From an uncultured bacterium (GTDB lineage Bacteria; Planctomycetota; UBA1135; GCA-002748355): a DNA stretch of 64,000 bases. The number at the start of each line of letters is the position of its first letter. The stretch's first letter is position 1. The stretch spans positions 6,074 to 70,073 of the forward strand of contig CALLZN010000288.1 of the NCBI GenBank assembly GCA_937858895.1. The letters are read 5' to 3'. Made by a program: the position numbers and the translations under genes. Below, piece by piece: positions 28,376 to 37,266 of this stretch. The notes under the pieces were generated by a model. That model did not search any database, had not been told where the DNA came from, and was given only the letters and a program-made list of their open reading frames with translations.

Positions 28376-29139
28376 GGGCTCGAGAACCCGTAGCGCTGCA
28401 GAAGTGCCTGCCCCGCCGACGACAGCACGAAGTCGACGAAGAGCGCAGCGCCCGTCCGATTCTCGCCCGCGCCGAGCGACACGATGGGGTACGCGGCAGT
28501 GACGTTGTGCTCACCTGCAACTGCTACGGCGTCGAGATCCTCCTGTGCGCTCGCCCAATCGGTGACATAGACGAGCCCAGCGTCCACTTCGCCGAGGCGC
28601 AACTTGTTGACGACCGCTTGGACGCTCGGCTCGTCGGACAGCGAGCGTACGACGACACCAGCCTTTTCGAGCGCCTGCCGCGCGTAGCGCCCAGCTGGCA
28701 CTTCGGGCCCACAGAGCACGACACGCAGGTCCGCCCGCGCGAGGTCGGCGAGACCGCGGACTGCCTTCGGGTTGCCTTTGGCGACGACGATGGTCAAGCG
28801 GTTGCGCGCAAAGACGGACGCTCGACCGACGACCTTAGCGTTCTCGATGACGCGGCGCATGTTGGCCTCGTCGGCCGAAGCGAAGACATCGACCGGAGCA
28901 CCCTCACGGACTTGAAGCACGAGCTGAGGCGTTCCCGCAAAGTGCAGGTCGATCTTGCTGTCCGGATGCAGCGCCTCGAAGTCCTTGGCCAGGGCTTGGA
29001 AGCAGGCCGTCAACGAGGCCGCGGCGAAGACCAGGACCGACTGGCGCTCCAAGAGTCCGCGTCGTTCGCGCTCCCCGTCGCTGCATGCAGAGACAGCAGC
29101 GAGGACGAACCAGAGCAGATAGCTCGGGGGTCGCTTCAT
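28372..29139 (-). CDS. modA: Molybdate-binding periplasmic lipoprotein
   Basis: MKRPPSYLLWFVLAAVSAC lipobox, then VFAAASLTACFQALAKDFE and DVFASADEANM. ATG at 29139. The Arg-rich track extension to 29580 was rejected. Confidence 0.85.
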   Translation of the reverse strand: MKRPPSYLLWFVLAAVSACSDGERERRGLLERQSVLVFAAASLTACFQALAKDFEALHPDSKIDLHFAGTPQLVLQVREGAPVDVFASADEANMRRVIENAKVVGRASVFARNRLTIVVAKGNPKAVRGLADLARADLRVVLCGPEVPAGRYARQALEKAGVVVRSLSDEPSVQAVVNKLRLGEVDAGLVYVTDWASAQEDLDAVAVAGEHNVTAAYPIVSLGAGENRTGAALFVDFVLSSAGQALLQRYGFSSP

Positions 29140-29561
29140 CGGGCGTCGGCTCGCTCGCCACCGACATCCCGGTCGACGACGCGTTCGACGACCACGTTGG
29201 TCGCCTTGATGACGGCGTTGACCAGGACCCCCGCCTCGAGTCCGAGCTCGTCGACGGACTCGCGCGTGAGCAAGGACACGACCCGAAACGGACCACAGCG
29301 CATCTCGACTTGGGCCGCCACTCGATCGGCGACGACCTTGGTCACGATTCCCAACATGTGGTTGCGCGCCGAAGATGCGCCCTCGGACGCGTGGTCGGGT
29401 TCGAGGCTCTCGGCGAGGCGAGCGAGGTCGGCGCCATCGACGAGTCTTTGGTGCCCGGCAGTCCGCATGGAAGCGAGGCGCCCGGCGTCCGCGTGACGTC
29501 GGACGGTGTCGACGCTCACGCCGAGGACGCGGGCCGCGAGGCCGAGGCGGTAGAGGGGCAT
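29136..29561 (-). CDS. HTH (MerR/excisionase-type) plus TOBE/Mop-domain molybdate-responsive regulator
   Basis: N-terminal LYRLGLAARVLGVSVDTVRRHADAGRL. C-terminal Mop-like NHMLGIVTKVVADRVAAQVEMRCGPFRVVSLLTRESVDELGLEAGVLVNAVIKATNVVVE. Confidence 0.7.
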   Translation of the reverse strand: MPLYRLGLAARVLGVSVDTVRRHADAGRLASMRTAGHQRLVDGADLARLAESLEPDHASEGASSARNHMLGIVTKVVADRVAAQVEMRCGPFRVVSLLTRESVDELGLEAGVLVNAVIKATNVVVERVVDRDVGGERADAR

Positions 29562-29675
29562 GCGAGGATTTGATCGCCAATCTCTAGCGCAAGCAAGACT
29601 TGCGAGCGATTTCTCTCAGTTCGACGTTCGGGATGCGCGGCATCACGGCCGCGCTCCGGGCTAGAAATGAAAGCT

Positions 29676-29705
29676 CCCCGGCAAGGGCCGAAGCCCTCAC
29701 CGGGG
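29676..29705 (-). promoter_or_regulatory. GC-rich hairpin in the putative mod-operon leader (terminator/attenuator-like on the minus strand)
   Basis: CCCCGG-CA-AGGGC-CGAA-GCCCT-CA-CCGGGG (11 bp paired). On the minus strand it is followed by AGCTTTCATTTCT. It lies 115-144 nt upstream of the regulator ATG at 29561. Confidence 0.35.
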
Positions 29706-29709
29706 AACA

Positions 29710-29737
29710 CTCTCGTCTCTCTCTCTCACTCTCTCTC
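29710..29737. repeat. CT/GA-rich low-complexity tract
   Basis: ctctcgtctctctctctcactctctctc read directly. It is flanked by the hairpin GCACGGG-N9-CCCGTGC at 29738-29760. Confidence 0.9.
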
Positions 29738-29767
29738 GCACGGGCCCATGCATCCCGTGCAGGTCGG

Positions 29768-29797
29768 TATTAGGTTCCATGCTGCGGATGGTTTCAA
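29768..29797 (-). promoter_or_regulatory. Candidate sigma70-like promoter for the mod operon
   Basis: On the minus strand: TTGAAA (29792-29797), an 18-nt spacer, CTAATA (29768-29773). It sits in a locally AT-rich patch and would give a leader of about 200 nt. Confidence 0.3.
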
Positions 29798-29992
29798 AAA
29801 GCGTTTAGAAATTTCTTTGACGGCGTTGCCATCGTGGCTTCAGGGTCGCAACAGTGGGCGTGTCCGCCTTGCGCCGCCGTGGCCGGACCGCGCGTTGCAA
29901 AGTATCTTTGTGAGTAGCCTCCGCCGTTTCGACTTGCTCGCTACCGGGTCGAAGCGGCCAGTCGCGATCGAACCCGGACTTTCACTGCGGCC

Positions 29993-31090
29993 ATGACGAC
30001 ACTCGACCCTCTCGCCGATTCCTCGAGCCTGACCGAAGAGCGCAGCGCCTGGATCCGGAGCCCCAACTGGGACTTGGCCTGGCTGCTCGGGAGCGCCGCG
30101 ATCGTTCCTCTCGTGCTGGTCCTCGTCTGGGGGGGCATGTCCTCCGGGACGCTCATGCTCGTCATCACGGCCTTGATCGGCGGCCCCCACCTCTTCTCGA
30201 CCTACATCGTGACCTTCCTCGATCCGGCCTTTCGCCGCGCTCACGGCAAGGTCCTCGCGCTGATCACCCTCGTGATTCCGCCCCTCGTGCTCTTCGGCGT
30301 GATGACGAACTTCGCGGTCCTGCTCTCGCTCTTCATCTTCGCGGCCTCGTTGCACGTCGTTCAGCAGAACGCCTATCTCACCGACGTCTACCGACGCCGA
30401 GCAGCTCAGCGAGAAGCACCCAACGCGCGCTGGATCGACTACGGCTTGCTCTTCGTCTGCATGCATCCGATCGCGAGCTGGAAGCTCGTGCACGATGACT
30501 TCCGCCTCGGAGATGTGCCGATTCGCCTACCCGACTTCTTGCTCGGACCGTGGACCTACATCGCCGTTTGGCTGGTCTTCGCCTTCTTCCTCGTCGCGTG
30601 GTGCCGCAAGACGCTGCGCGAAGCGCGCGAGGGCAGCCTCAACCGCCCCAAGACCCTGCTCATCGGTGCGACGACGGTGATCGCCTTCTTCGTGCCAGCA
30701 GCGGCGGACGGCGAGCGCCTAGAGCTAGCCTTTCAGTCGGTCAACGCCTGGCACTCGTTCCAGTACTTGGGGCTCGTCTGGTATGCCCTCATGATCCGCA
30801 AGAAGCACGGGCTCTTGCAGTCGCGCTTCGTCAACTCGATTGCGGGCACGGGCGCGCGCCAGACGCTGCGCTTCTATGGCTTCTGCTTCCTCGTCACCGT
30901 GACGCTGCTCGCGTCGCTCTACGGCATCGTCGCGGTCGACCCGCTCGGACTCACGTTCCAGCAGTACTGGTACGTGATGGTGCTCTCACCGCTCCTCATC
31001 CACTATGCCCTCGATGCCTATCTCTTCGCGGTGAGCAACCGGCGTGGCGTCGACGTGGCGACTGTTCCCTTCGCGATCTCGGACCTCTGA
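29993..31090 (+). CDS. Hypothetical polytopic membrane protein
   Basis: At least 8 hydrophobic segments (e.g. LAWLLGSAAIVPLVLVLVWGG, AVLLSLFIFAASLHVV, YIAVWLVFAFFLVAW). No family recognised. Confidence 0.5.
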   Translation: MTTLDPLADSSSLTEERSAWIRSPNWDLAWLLGSAAIVPLVLVLVWGGMSSGTLMLVITALIGGPHLFSTYIVTFLDPAFRRAHGKVLALITLVIPPLVLFGVMTNFAVLLSLFIFAASLHVVQQNAYLTDVYRRRAAQREAPNARWIDYGLLFVCMHPIASWKLVHDDFRLGDVPIRLPDFLLGPWTYIAVWLVFAFFLVAWCRKTLREAREGSLNRPKTLLIGATTVIAFFVPAAADGERLELAFQSVNAWHSFQYLGLVWYALMIRKKHGLLQSRFVNSIAGTGARQTLRFYGFCFLVTVTLLASLYGIVAVDPLGLTFQQYWYVMVLSPLLIHYALDAYLFAVSNRRGVDVATVPFAISDL

Positions 31091-32590
31091 GGTCGTAGCG
31101 GTTCCGAGCTGCGCATGCGCGAGCGCATCGCGCAGGGATTTGGCGTCCGCGCTCGCGAGGTAGGGCAGAGTCAAGCACTCTCGCGCCCCGGCGACATCGA
31201 CGCCCAGGGTGGCCATGCCCCAGCGTCGGTCGAAGGGAGAGCACCAAAGGCTGACGACCTGGACCTTGGACAGGGGCACGAAGATCCAAACGCGGCCGGG
31301 GAAGCCGCGACGCGCGACGAGGTAGCCGCGAGCCAAGGCGTGGCCACGAAACTGCATGTCGCGACGCGAACGGAGCACCCACGCGAGCACGAAGGACAGC
31401 CCGACGATCGACGCGACGAGCACATCGAAGACGAAGAAGCCGAGGCCAGCGAAGAGCGCCCCTTCGACGCATGCGCGTCTCGTCACGCGCCGCGTCGCGG
31501 CCGCGTGGGGCCTGTCGACATGCGCGGGCAGCTCGCAGCCTGGCAAAACCGACGAGAGGAGCCGCTCGACATCGTGCCAGCGGCAGAGTGGCACGAAATC
31601 GTTGCGACCCGCGCGCTCCTCACTCTCGACGCGCGCCCCCGCGGTCTCGATGCGCAGCGAGGCCCAGCCCGAAAGACGTTGCACGAGCGACTGACGCAGA
31701 GTCAAGCGCTGCACGCGCTCACGCGGAATCGCGACGCGCCGCTCGGTCCAAGCGCCGGCGCGCCAGCGGAACTGCGCGTCTTCGATGTCGAGCCGATAGC
31801 GGGCGTAGCGAAAGTAGGTCCAAGCAATCGACAAGGACACGAGCCCGGCGACGAGGCAGGCGACCAAGCAGAGGGCCCAGAGGAAACTCGCTTCACGCGT
31901 GGCATCGAAGACCCGTTCGACGAAGGGCTCGACGAAGCTGTCCGCGAGGAGCTTCTCGGGAATGTCGAAGCGCCAGAGCACACCGAGGAGGGCGGCGAGG
32001 GCGATGAGACCGCGCCCCGAAGTGGCGCCGAGGAGGACGAGGTCGCGGGTAGTGAGGCGGTGCAGGGCCGTGCTGGCGTTGGCCGGCTCGGCTTCGGTCG
32101 CAGCACCTTGGGCTTCGATCGCTTCCAAGTGGGCAGCTGCACCAACGGCTGCCGAGCCCGGACCCGCGCGATCCCGAATCGCCGCGAGGATCTCCGTTAC
32201 GGAGCGCATCGAGAGGACCTTGAAGCTCGCTTCTACCGCCTCGCCGGATGCCGTGTCGAGGCGCACGTCGCCGACGCCGAAGAAGCGGTGCGCGGGATTG
32301 CGCGTCAGGTCGACGTTCTCGATGCGCTCGTAGGGCACATGCCGCTCGCGCCGGAAGACGATGCCCGAGCGCAGCACGAGCTCGTCTTCGCGCAGCGCGT
32401 AGCGAAACGACAGGTAGTGCAAGACGTGCGCGACACAGACCGGAACGAAGAGCCAAGCGAGCCACAGCTCCCAGCGTTGGTCGTCGTCGGCCCAGAGCCA
32501 AACCAGCAGCGCTGGCACGAAGAAGGCCTGGACCGCACCGACGAAGCGAAAGACCAGCGTCGCCGGATGCAGGCGCCGGAACTCGCTCAT
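30986..32590 (-). CDS. YdbT-like membrane protein with bacterial PH (bPH_2/DUF304) domains
   Basis: The ATG at 32590 (MSEFRRLHPATLVFRFVG...) forms an ATGA overlap with the upstream gene. SFRYALREDELVLRSGIVFRRERHVPYERIENVDL and repeated PH-like modules. Confidence 0.7.
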   Translation of the reverse strand: MSEFRRLHPATLVFRFVGAVQAFFVPALLVWLWADDDQRWELWLAWLFVPVCVAHVLHYLSFRYALREDELVLRSGIVFRRERHVPYERIENVDLTRNPAHRFFGVGDVRLDTASGEAVEASFKVLSMRSVTEILAAIRDRAGPGSAAVGAAAHLEAIEAQGAATEAEPANASTALHRLTTRDLVLLGATSGRGLIALAALLGVLWRFDIPEKLLADSFVEPFVERVFDATREASFLWALCLVACLVAGLVSLSIAWTYFRYARYRLDIEDAQFRWRAGAWTERRVAIPRERVQRLTLRQSLVQRLSGWASLRIETAGARVESEERAGRNDFVPLCRWHDVERLLSSVLPGCELPAHVDRPHAAATRRVTRRACVEGALFAGLGFFVFDVLVASIVGLSFVLAWVLRSRRDMQFRGHALARGYLVARRGFPGRVWIFVPLSKVQVVSLWCSPFDRRWGMATLGVDVAGARECLTLPYLASADAKSLRDALAHAQLGTATTSEVRDREGNSRHVDATPVAHREEIGIEGIVDEER

Positions 32591-33120
32591 GCGTCGACTC
32601 GCTCGCTCGCGCGCTCGAGGAGCGAATCGCGCAGGACGAAGGCGACCTCGCGCTCGATGCCCTCGAGGTCGACTTCCGCGAACTCGTTGCCCGCCGTGTG
32701 CACGCTGAGCTTGGCGAGGCCAAAGCGCCGCAGCAGCGGACCTTCGACGATGTCCGTGTGTTGGATGCGCGACCTGGGCACGAGGATCGATCGTCGCCAA
32801 AAGACGCCGCGCCGTATCTCGATCCCGACCGCGTCACAGCGCCAGCCTGCATGGCGATAGGCGACCGGTGCCCAGCACCACGCACGCAGCAAGAGTGCCG
32901 GGACAAGGAGCCCGAGGCCGAGCAAGATGTAGGGTTCCGCTCGCCCAAAGCGCCAATCGAAGACGACGGGGCCGACGAAGACCACGAGCGCCGCCAGCGC
33001 GATCAGCACGACGGCATCGAGGATATGCGCGACTCGCATGCAGCGGACGTAGCGAGCATCGAGCTGCTGCCACTGGTCAGAGGCCAACGTGGGCCAGTCC
33101 TCATCTCTTCTGTCCATCAT
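32587..33120 (-). CDS. YdbS-like membrane protein with a bacterial PH domain
   Basis: Two TM segments, then GIEIRRGVFWRRSILVPRSRIQHTDIVEGPLLRRFGLAKLSVHTAG. ATG at 33118-33120; the track start at 33126 is TTG. Confidence 0.7.
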   Translation of the reverse strand: MMDRRDEDWPTLASDQWQQLDARYVRCMRVAHILDAVVLIALAALVVFVGPVVFDWRFGRAEPYILLGLGLLVPALLLRAWCWAPVAYRHAGWRCDAVGIEIRRGVFWRRSILVPRSRIQHTDIVEGPLLRRFGLAKLSVHTAGNEFAEVDLEGIEREVAFVLRDSLLERASERVDA

Positions 33121-33137
33121 CTTCAAACGAGCGAGCT

Positions 33138-34256
33138 ATGCTTCTACGCGGCGCTGCAAAGGCGCCGACCAGCATGCAACTCTCTGCCTCTTCGATCCTC
33201 TGCATTCTCTCGAGCGCTGTGCTCTTTGCCTCGACGGCATCGAGTCAGACTTCGGCCGTCGTTCCGACCGGCATCGGCGATCGACCAGGAGCAGCATCGA
33301 CTTCGGTAGGCGTCGGCGACACAACGGCGCGCGCGCAGTATCTCTACTCGCGGTCGGCGACCGGCCTACGCGGCGGCGAACGCATCACCAAGTTGTCACT
33401 GCGACTCGACGAAGCAGCGACGACGCCAGGACGCAACGACCTCGACGTGACCGTGCGAATCTCGACGCGGGCGGTCGACACGTCGCGCATCCCCTTCGCG
33501 CGCTTCGACCTCAACGATGGCCTCGTCGTCGGCGCCTGGACGATGGCCCGCCTCGTCATGCCAGCGGTCATCACGACGCAACAGCCCCAGCCCTTCCTCG
33601 ACCTGCCGCTCGCGACGCCCTTCATCGTCGACGTCGATGGCACGCTCTGCGTCGATGTCAAGTTCAGGACCGCGGCCTTGGGTCCCTTTCCTCACCGGGT
33701 CGACTGCGAGTTCGATCCGGCTGTCCCCTTTCGCTTCGAGAACTACGGACGCGCTTGTCCGCCCACACTCACGAGCGGCGCGACGGGCTTTTGGGTCGGC
33801 AACACGAGCGAACTCGGCGCCTACACGTGGGTGCGTGGCGCGCCAGCTGGCTCGGCCGTCGTCGCCTGGCTCGACGTGCAGCGCTCGAACATTCCGATCA
33901 GCCTGCGCTACAACCAGGATCCTTGCTCGGTCTACGCGCTGCTCAGCTTGCTCCATCCGCGGGCAGCTGTCGTGAACCAAGGTGGGGACTACGCGCGCTT
34001 CCAGTGGCTCTCTGCGCAGAGCCTCGCTGACCCGAAGCTCGTCGGAACGAGCTTTGTCGCCCAGCACGGCATGGTCGACCCGAGCTTTCAGATCGGCTTG
34101 AGCGATGGGATCGAAATCGTGATCGGTGACGGCAAGGCCAGCCCTGACTTCGTGACGGTCTATGGATCGTCGCGTGAGCGGCCGGGCTTCGACCCCGACC
34201 TCGACGATGCTTCGAGCTTCTGGAGCGGTGCACCGGTTCTGCGCATCGGCCTCTGA
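33138..34256 (+). CDS. Hypothetical secreted protein
   Basis: ATG at 33138 gives MLLRGAAKAPTSMQLSASSILCILSSAVLFASTASSQ (signal-like). No domain recognised. Confidence 0.5.
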   Translation: MLLRGAAKAPTSMQLSASSILCILSSAVLFASTASSQTSAVVPTGIGDRPGAASTSVGVGDTTARAQYLYSRSATGLRGGERITKLSLRLDEAATTPGRNDLDVTVRISTRAVDTSRIPFARFDLNDGLVVGAWTMARLVMPAVITTQQPQPFLDLPLATPFIVDVDGTLCVDVKFRTAALGPFPHRVDCEFDPAVPFRFENYGRACPPTLTSGATGFWVGNTSELGAYTWVRGAPAGSAVVAWLDVQRSNIPISLRYNQDPCSVYALLSLLHPRAAVVNQGGDYARFQWLSAQSLADPKLVGTSFVAQHGMVDPSFQIGLSDGIEIVIGDGKASPDFVTVYGSSRERPGFDPDLDDASSFWSGAPVLRIGL

Positions 34257-34297
34257 CCTGCCTGGGCTGCGGCGGCGACACGAAGATCGATCGGCGA

Positions 34298-35674
34298 TCA
34301 AGACGGCTTCGGCCGCAGCTGACTCGCGAAGGTCTCATACTCGAGCCAACGCAAACCACGATCGAGCAAGGCGTAGGCGGTGACGACCGACACGAGCGCC
34401 GCGCTTGCGTAACCAAGCCCGTAGTAGTCGAAGCCCAGGGCCTGACTCCAGAGTGTCAGTCCCGCGTTGCTCACCAAGAAAACGGTCGCGCTCATGAAGG
34501 CCGCGACACGCAAGTCGAAGTAGAGCTGCACGAGGATCGTGATCAAGAGCAAGACGTGGAAGAAGGCTCCGAGACTGGTCAGCCTGAAAAGCCGCACCGC
34601 TGTTTCTGGCAAGCCGAGGACGGACAACACGATCGGCGCGAGGACCACGACCGCGGCAGTGATTGCTCCTTGGACTCGCAAGAGCTGGACGATGCCGCAG
34701 CGAAGACTCGCGAACATGCCCTCACGCTCGCGATCGATCACGTGCAGGGGCTGGTGCCCGAGAATGGCTCGATAGTAGGCGACGTAGCGCTCGTAGAACG
34801 AAGTCTCCAGGTGAATCAAATTGATGCACAAAGCGGGGATGACCGTCACATAGGCGAGGAAGCTGCACGTGTCATAGAGCGGGTGGAAGCGCACCAATGA
34901 GGACGCCTCGAGCCCCTCCTGAAACCAGAAGATGACCTTGTCGACCCAAATTCCGAGCGAGTACGTGATGCCGGTTCCGAGCAAGGCCTTGTACTGCAAA
35001 GGACTCTTCCACACCGAGAAGTCTCGCGGGCCGTCGCTGCGCATACCACGCACCAGGAGGCGTGTCAGGAGGACGAAGGTCAGGGCTTGACCCGCCCCGT
35101 AAGACGCCAAGTAGCCGTCGAGGTCGCCATCGCTGCCCCAGTAGTACATGGCGCCAACGCTGACCGCCATGCCGAGGCCGAAGCTCACCAGAATTTGGTT
35201 GTACTCGCGAATGACCGTCAACCAAATCAATGCGAGCCAGGTCAAGCAGATGATCGTGTAGAGCGCTGTCGCCAAGTAGGTCGTCGTGATCTCGAAGCCG
35301 CTGAAGAGGCAGAACGCGACGGCAACAAGCGCCTGTAACACGCCGACGACCGAACAGCAGGCGAGGTAGGCCGACAAGATTCGGTCGTACTCACGCAAGT
35401 AGAGCCGGTCGGCGATCCAGCGCGTCAGCGCCATCTGAACCGCGCCGACCGTCATCAAGCTGAAGGCGAAGCCGTAGGTCACGAGCGCGCGGAACAGCTC
35501 ATCGGTCTGACTCGAAGCAAAACCACCGCCCAGACTGACGCAAGCGAGCGTGACTGCGGTGAGGATCCACGGGCCCGACGAGATCAAGCCGGCAGACGTA
35601 TAGGCACGCAGCTTCGATAGAAGCCCCGAGCGCAGGCCGGTGAGGCGACGGAGTTCGAAGCCGATCCCGGCCAT
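34298..35674 (-). CDS. pelG: Pel polysaccharide biosynthesis membrane protein PelG
   Basis: MAGIGFELRRL... N-terminus characteristic of PelG, about 12 TM segments. The ATG at 35674 overlaps the pelF stop by 1 nt. Confidence 0.85.
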   Translation of the reverse strand: MAGIGFELRRLTGLRSGLLSKLRAYTSAGLISSGPWILTAVTLACVSLGGGFASSQTDELFRALVTYGFAFSLMTVGAVQMALTRWIADRLYLREYDRILSAYLACCSVVGVLQALVAVAFCLFSGFEITTTYLATALYTIICLTWLALIWLTVIREYNQILVSFGLGMAVSVGAMYYWGSDGDLDGYLASYGAGQALTFVLLTRLLVRGMRSDGPRDFSVWKSPLQYKALLGTGITYSLGIWVDKVIFWFQEGLEASSLVRFHPLYDTCSFLAYVTVIPALCINLIHLETSFYERYVAYYRAILGHQPLHVIDREREGMFASLRCGIVQLLRVQGAITAAVVVLAPIVLSVLGLPETAVRLFRLTSLGAFFHVLLLITILVQLYFDLRVAAFMSATVFLVSNAGLTLWSQALGFDYYGLGYASAALVSVVTAYALLDRGLRWLEYETFASQLRPKPS

Positions 35675-37266
35675 CAGGCCTGTCCTCCGCACGCGCTGAC
35701 CGTATGCACTTCTTGATCGCTCGCGACGAAGTCCACCTCGTCGGCGATGTGCTCGTAGTAGATCGAGCGATAGGCGTCGATCATGAAGCGCTCGTCATAG
35801 AAGCGCCGCACGCGGGCTTGCAGGCTTCGCCCCATCGCGCGCCGTAGGCTTTCATCGGCAAAGAGCTCGAGGATGGCTCGACCCGTCGCGCCCGGTGAAG
35901 CGATCGGCGTGATCAGCCCGCCCATGCCCAGGGCGCGGTCTTCCGGCGTGCGCCCGTTCAAGAGCTCACGGCAACTGCCGACGTCCGTCGCGACGATGGG
36001 GAGGCCTACGGCCCCCGCCTCGAGGATGACCAAGGGCTGGGCCTCCGAGATGCTCGTCAACACGAGCAGGTCGAGCTCCGGCATGACATCGTGCACAGCA
36101 ACGCGTCCCTCGAAGCGCACGTTCGCGTCGAGGTCGAGCGCGGACGCGAGCTTCTGACACTCCTCGGCGTACTCGGGGTCTTCTTCCATCGGACCGAGGA
36201 TGCGGACGAGGACATCGGGAACCTGGTCCTTGACGACGCGAGTCGCGGCGATCAGGGTGCGCACATCCTTGATCGGACAGACGCGGCCGACAAAACCCAC
36301 AGTGAAACGCCGGTTGGCTTCACGCGTGGCGAAGCGTTCCGCTCCGACTTCGAAGCGCTCGAGACTGATGCCGTTCGGGATGACCCGAATCTTCGCGGGG
36401 TCGGCCCCGTCCTTGATCTGCTCCTTGGCGTTCCCCATGTAGAGCGTGAAGATCGCAGCCGCGCGTTCGTAGCAGATGCGGCTCATCGTTTCGAAGTGTC
36501 GATTCCAGAAGCGCCGGAAGAACGGCGCTTGGTTTTGGACCGCGAGCTCGTCGTGGACCCGGTCTTGGATCCACTCAGCAGCATGAATTTCGATGCGGCG
36601 CTCCTTGGTGTAGATACCGTGCTCGGTCAGGAGGACCGGCCGCTCGTGGTGCGCGCCCGCCGCGGCCGCGAGCACACCCGCGTAGCCAGTCGAGATCGTG
36701 TGGTAGACCGAAGCGCGCGGAAGTCGCGTGGCGAGCACGTTGAGCAAGGGTTGATGCGCGTAGTACCAGTTCCAAAAGAAATTGAGGAAACTCTCGTCAG
36801 TGGCATCCTCACGAAACTCGTCGACGATGCCCGACCAATTCAGTCGATTGACGAGGAGGTTGGTCCGGTGGCGCAGCTTGCTCTTCTGGAGTGACGCCAC
36901 CATCGCTTCGAAGCCACCTAGCTCGCCACGCCGAAGATCTCCGACGAAGCGCGCAAAGTCGGCAGCGACGCGCCGCATGCGCAGCGCCTCGAGACCGCCA
37001 CGCAAGGTCGACGTTTCGTGCAAGTAGACCTCGTCCACGCCGATGACGTTGTCCGGGACTTCGTAGGCGCGCGCCTCGTAGTAGCCAGCAGCTGGACTGA
37101 TGTGGAGGATCGAGAAGCGCAGCTCAGGTAGCTCGTGGATGACGCGATGCACCCAACTCGACACGCCACCCGCGACGAAGGGGTAGGTGCCCTCGAGTAC
37201 GAGGCACACATCGGCGAGGCCAGCATCGGCGCTCGCGGATGCAGCAGACGTCCATCGCTCAAGCAT
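35674..37266 (-). CDS. pelF: Pel glycosyltransferase PelF (GT4)
   Basis: DVCLVLEGTYPFVAGGVSSWVHRVIHELPELRFSILHI matches the PelF N-terminus. GT4-type C-terminal half. Confidence 0.9.
   Translation of the reverse strand: MLERWTSAASASADAGLADVCLVLEGTYPFVAGGVSSWVHRVIHELPELRFSILHISPAAGYYEARAYEVPDNVIGVDEVYLHETSTLRGGLEALRMRRVAADFARFVGDLRRGELGGFEAMVASLQKSKLRHRTNLLVNRLNWSGIVDEFREDATDESFLNFFWNWYYAHQPLLNVLATRLPRASVYHTISTGYAGVLAAAAGAHHERPVLLTEHGIYTKERRIEIHAAEWIQDRVHDELAVQNQAPFFRRFWNRHFETMSRICYERAAAIFTLYMGNAKEQIKDGADPAKIRVIPNGISLERFEVGAERFATREANRRFTVGFVGRVCPIKDVRTLIAATRVVKDQVPDVLVRILGPMEEDPEYAEECQKLASALDLDANVRFEGRVAVHDVMPELDLLVLTSISEAQPLVILEAGAVGLPIVATDVGSCRELLNGRTPEDRALGMGGLITPIASPGATGRAILELFADESLRRAMGRSLQARVRRFYDERFMIDAYRSIYYEHIADEVDFVASDQEVHTVSACGGQA

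Noticed and set aside
29562-29760. A definite Moco riboswitch call upstream of the mod operon.
   Set aside because: I can see hairpins and a U-rich tail, but I cannot match the Moco consensus from memory. It is reported only as a hypothesis needing cmscan.
29667-29996. 109-aa + ORF spanning the mod / membrane-protein intergenic region.
   Set aside because: It runs through the CT repeat and the hairpins and has low-complexity content and no RBS. It fits a regulatory region better than a gene.
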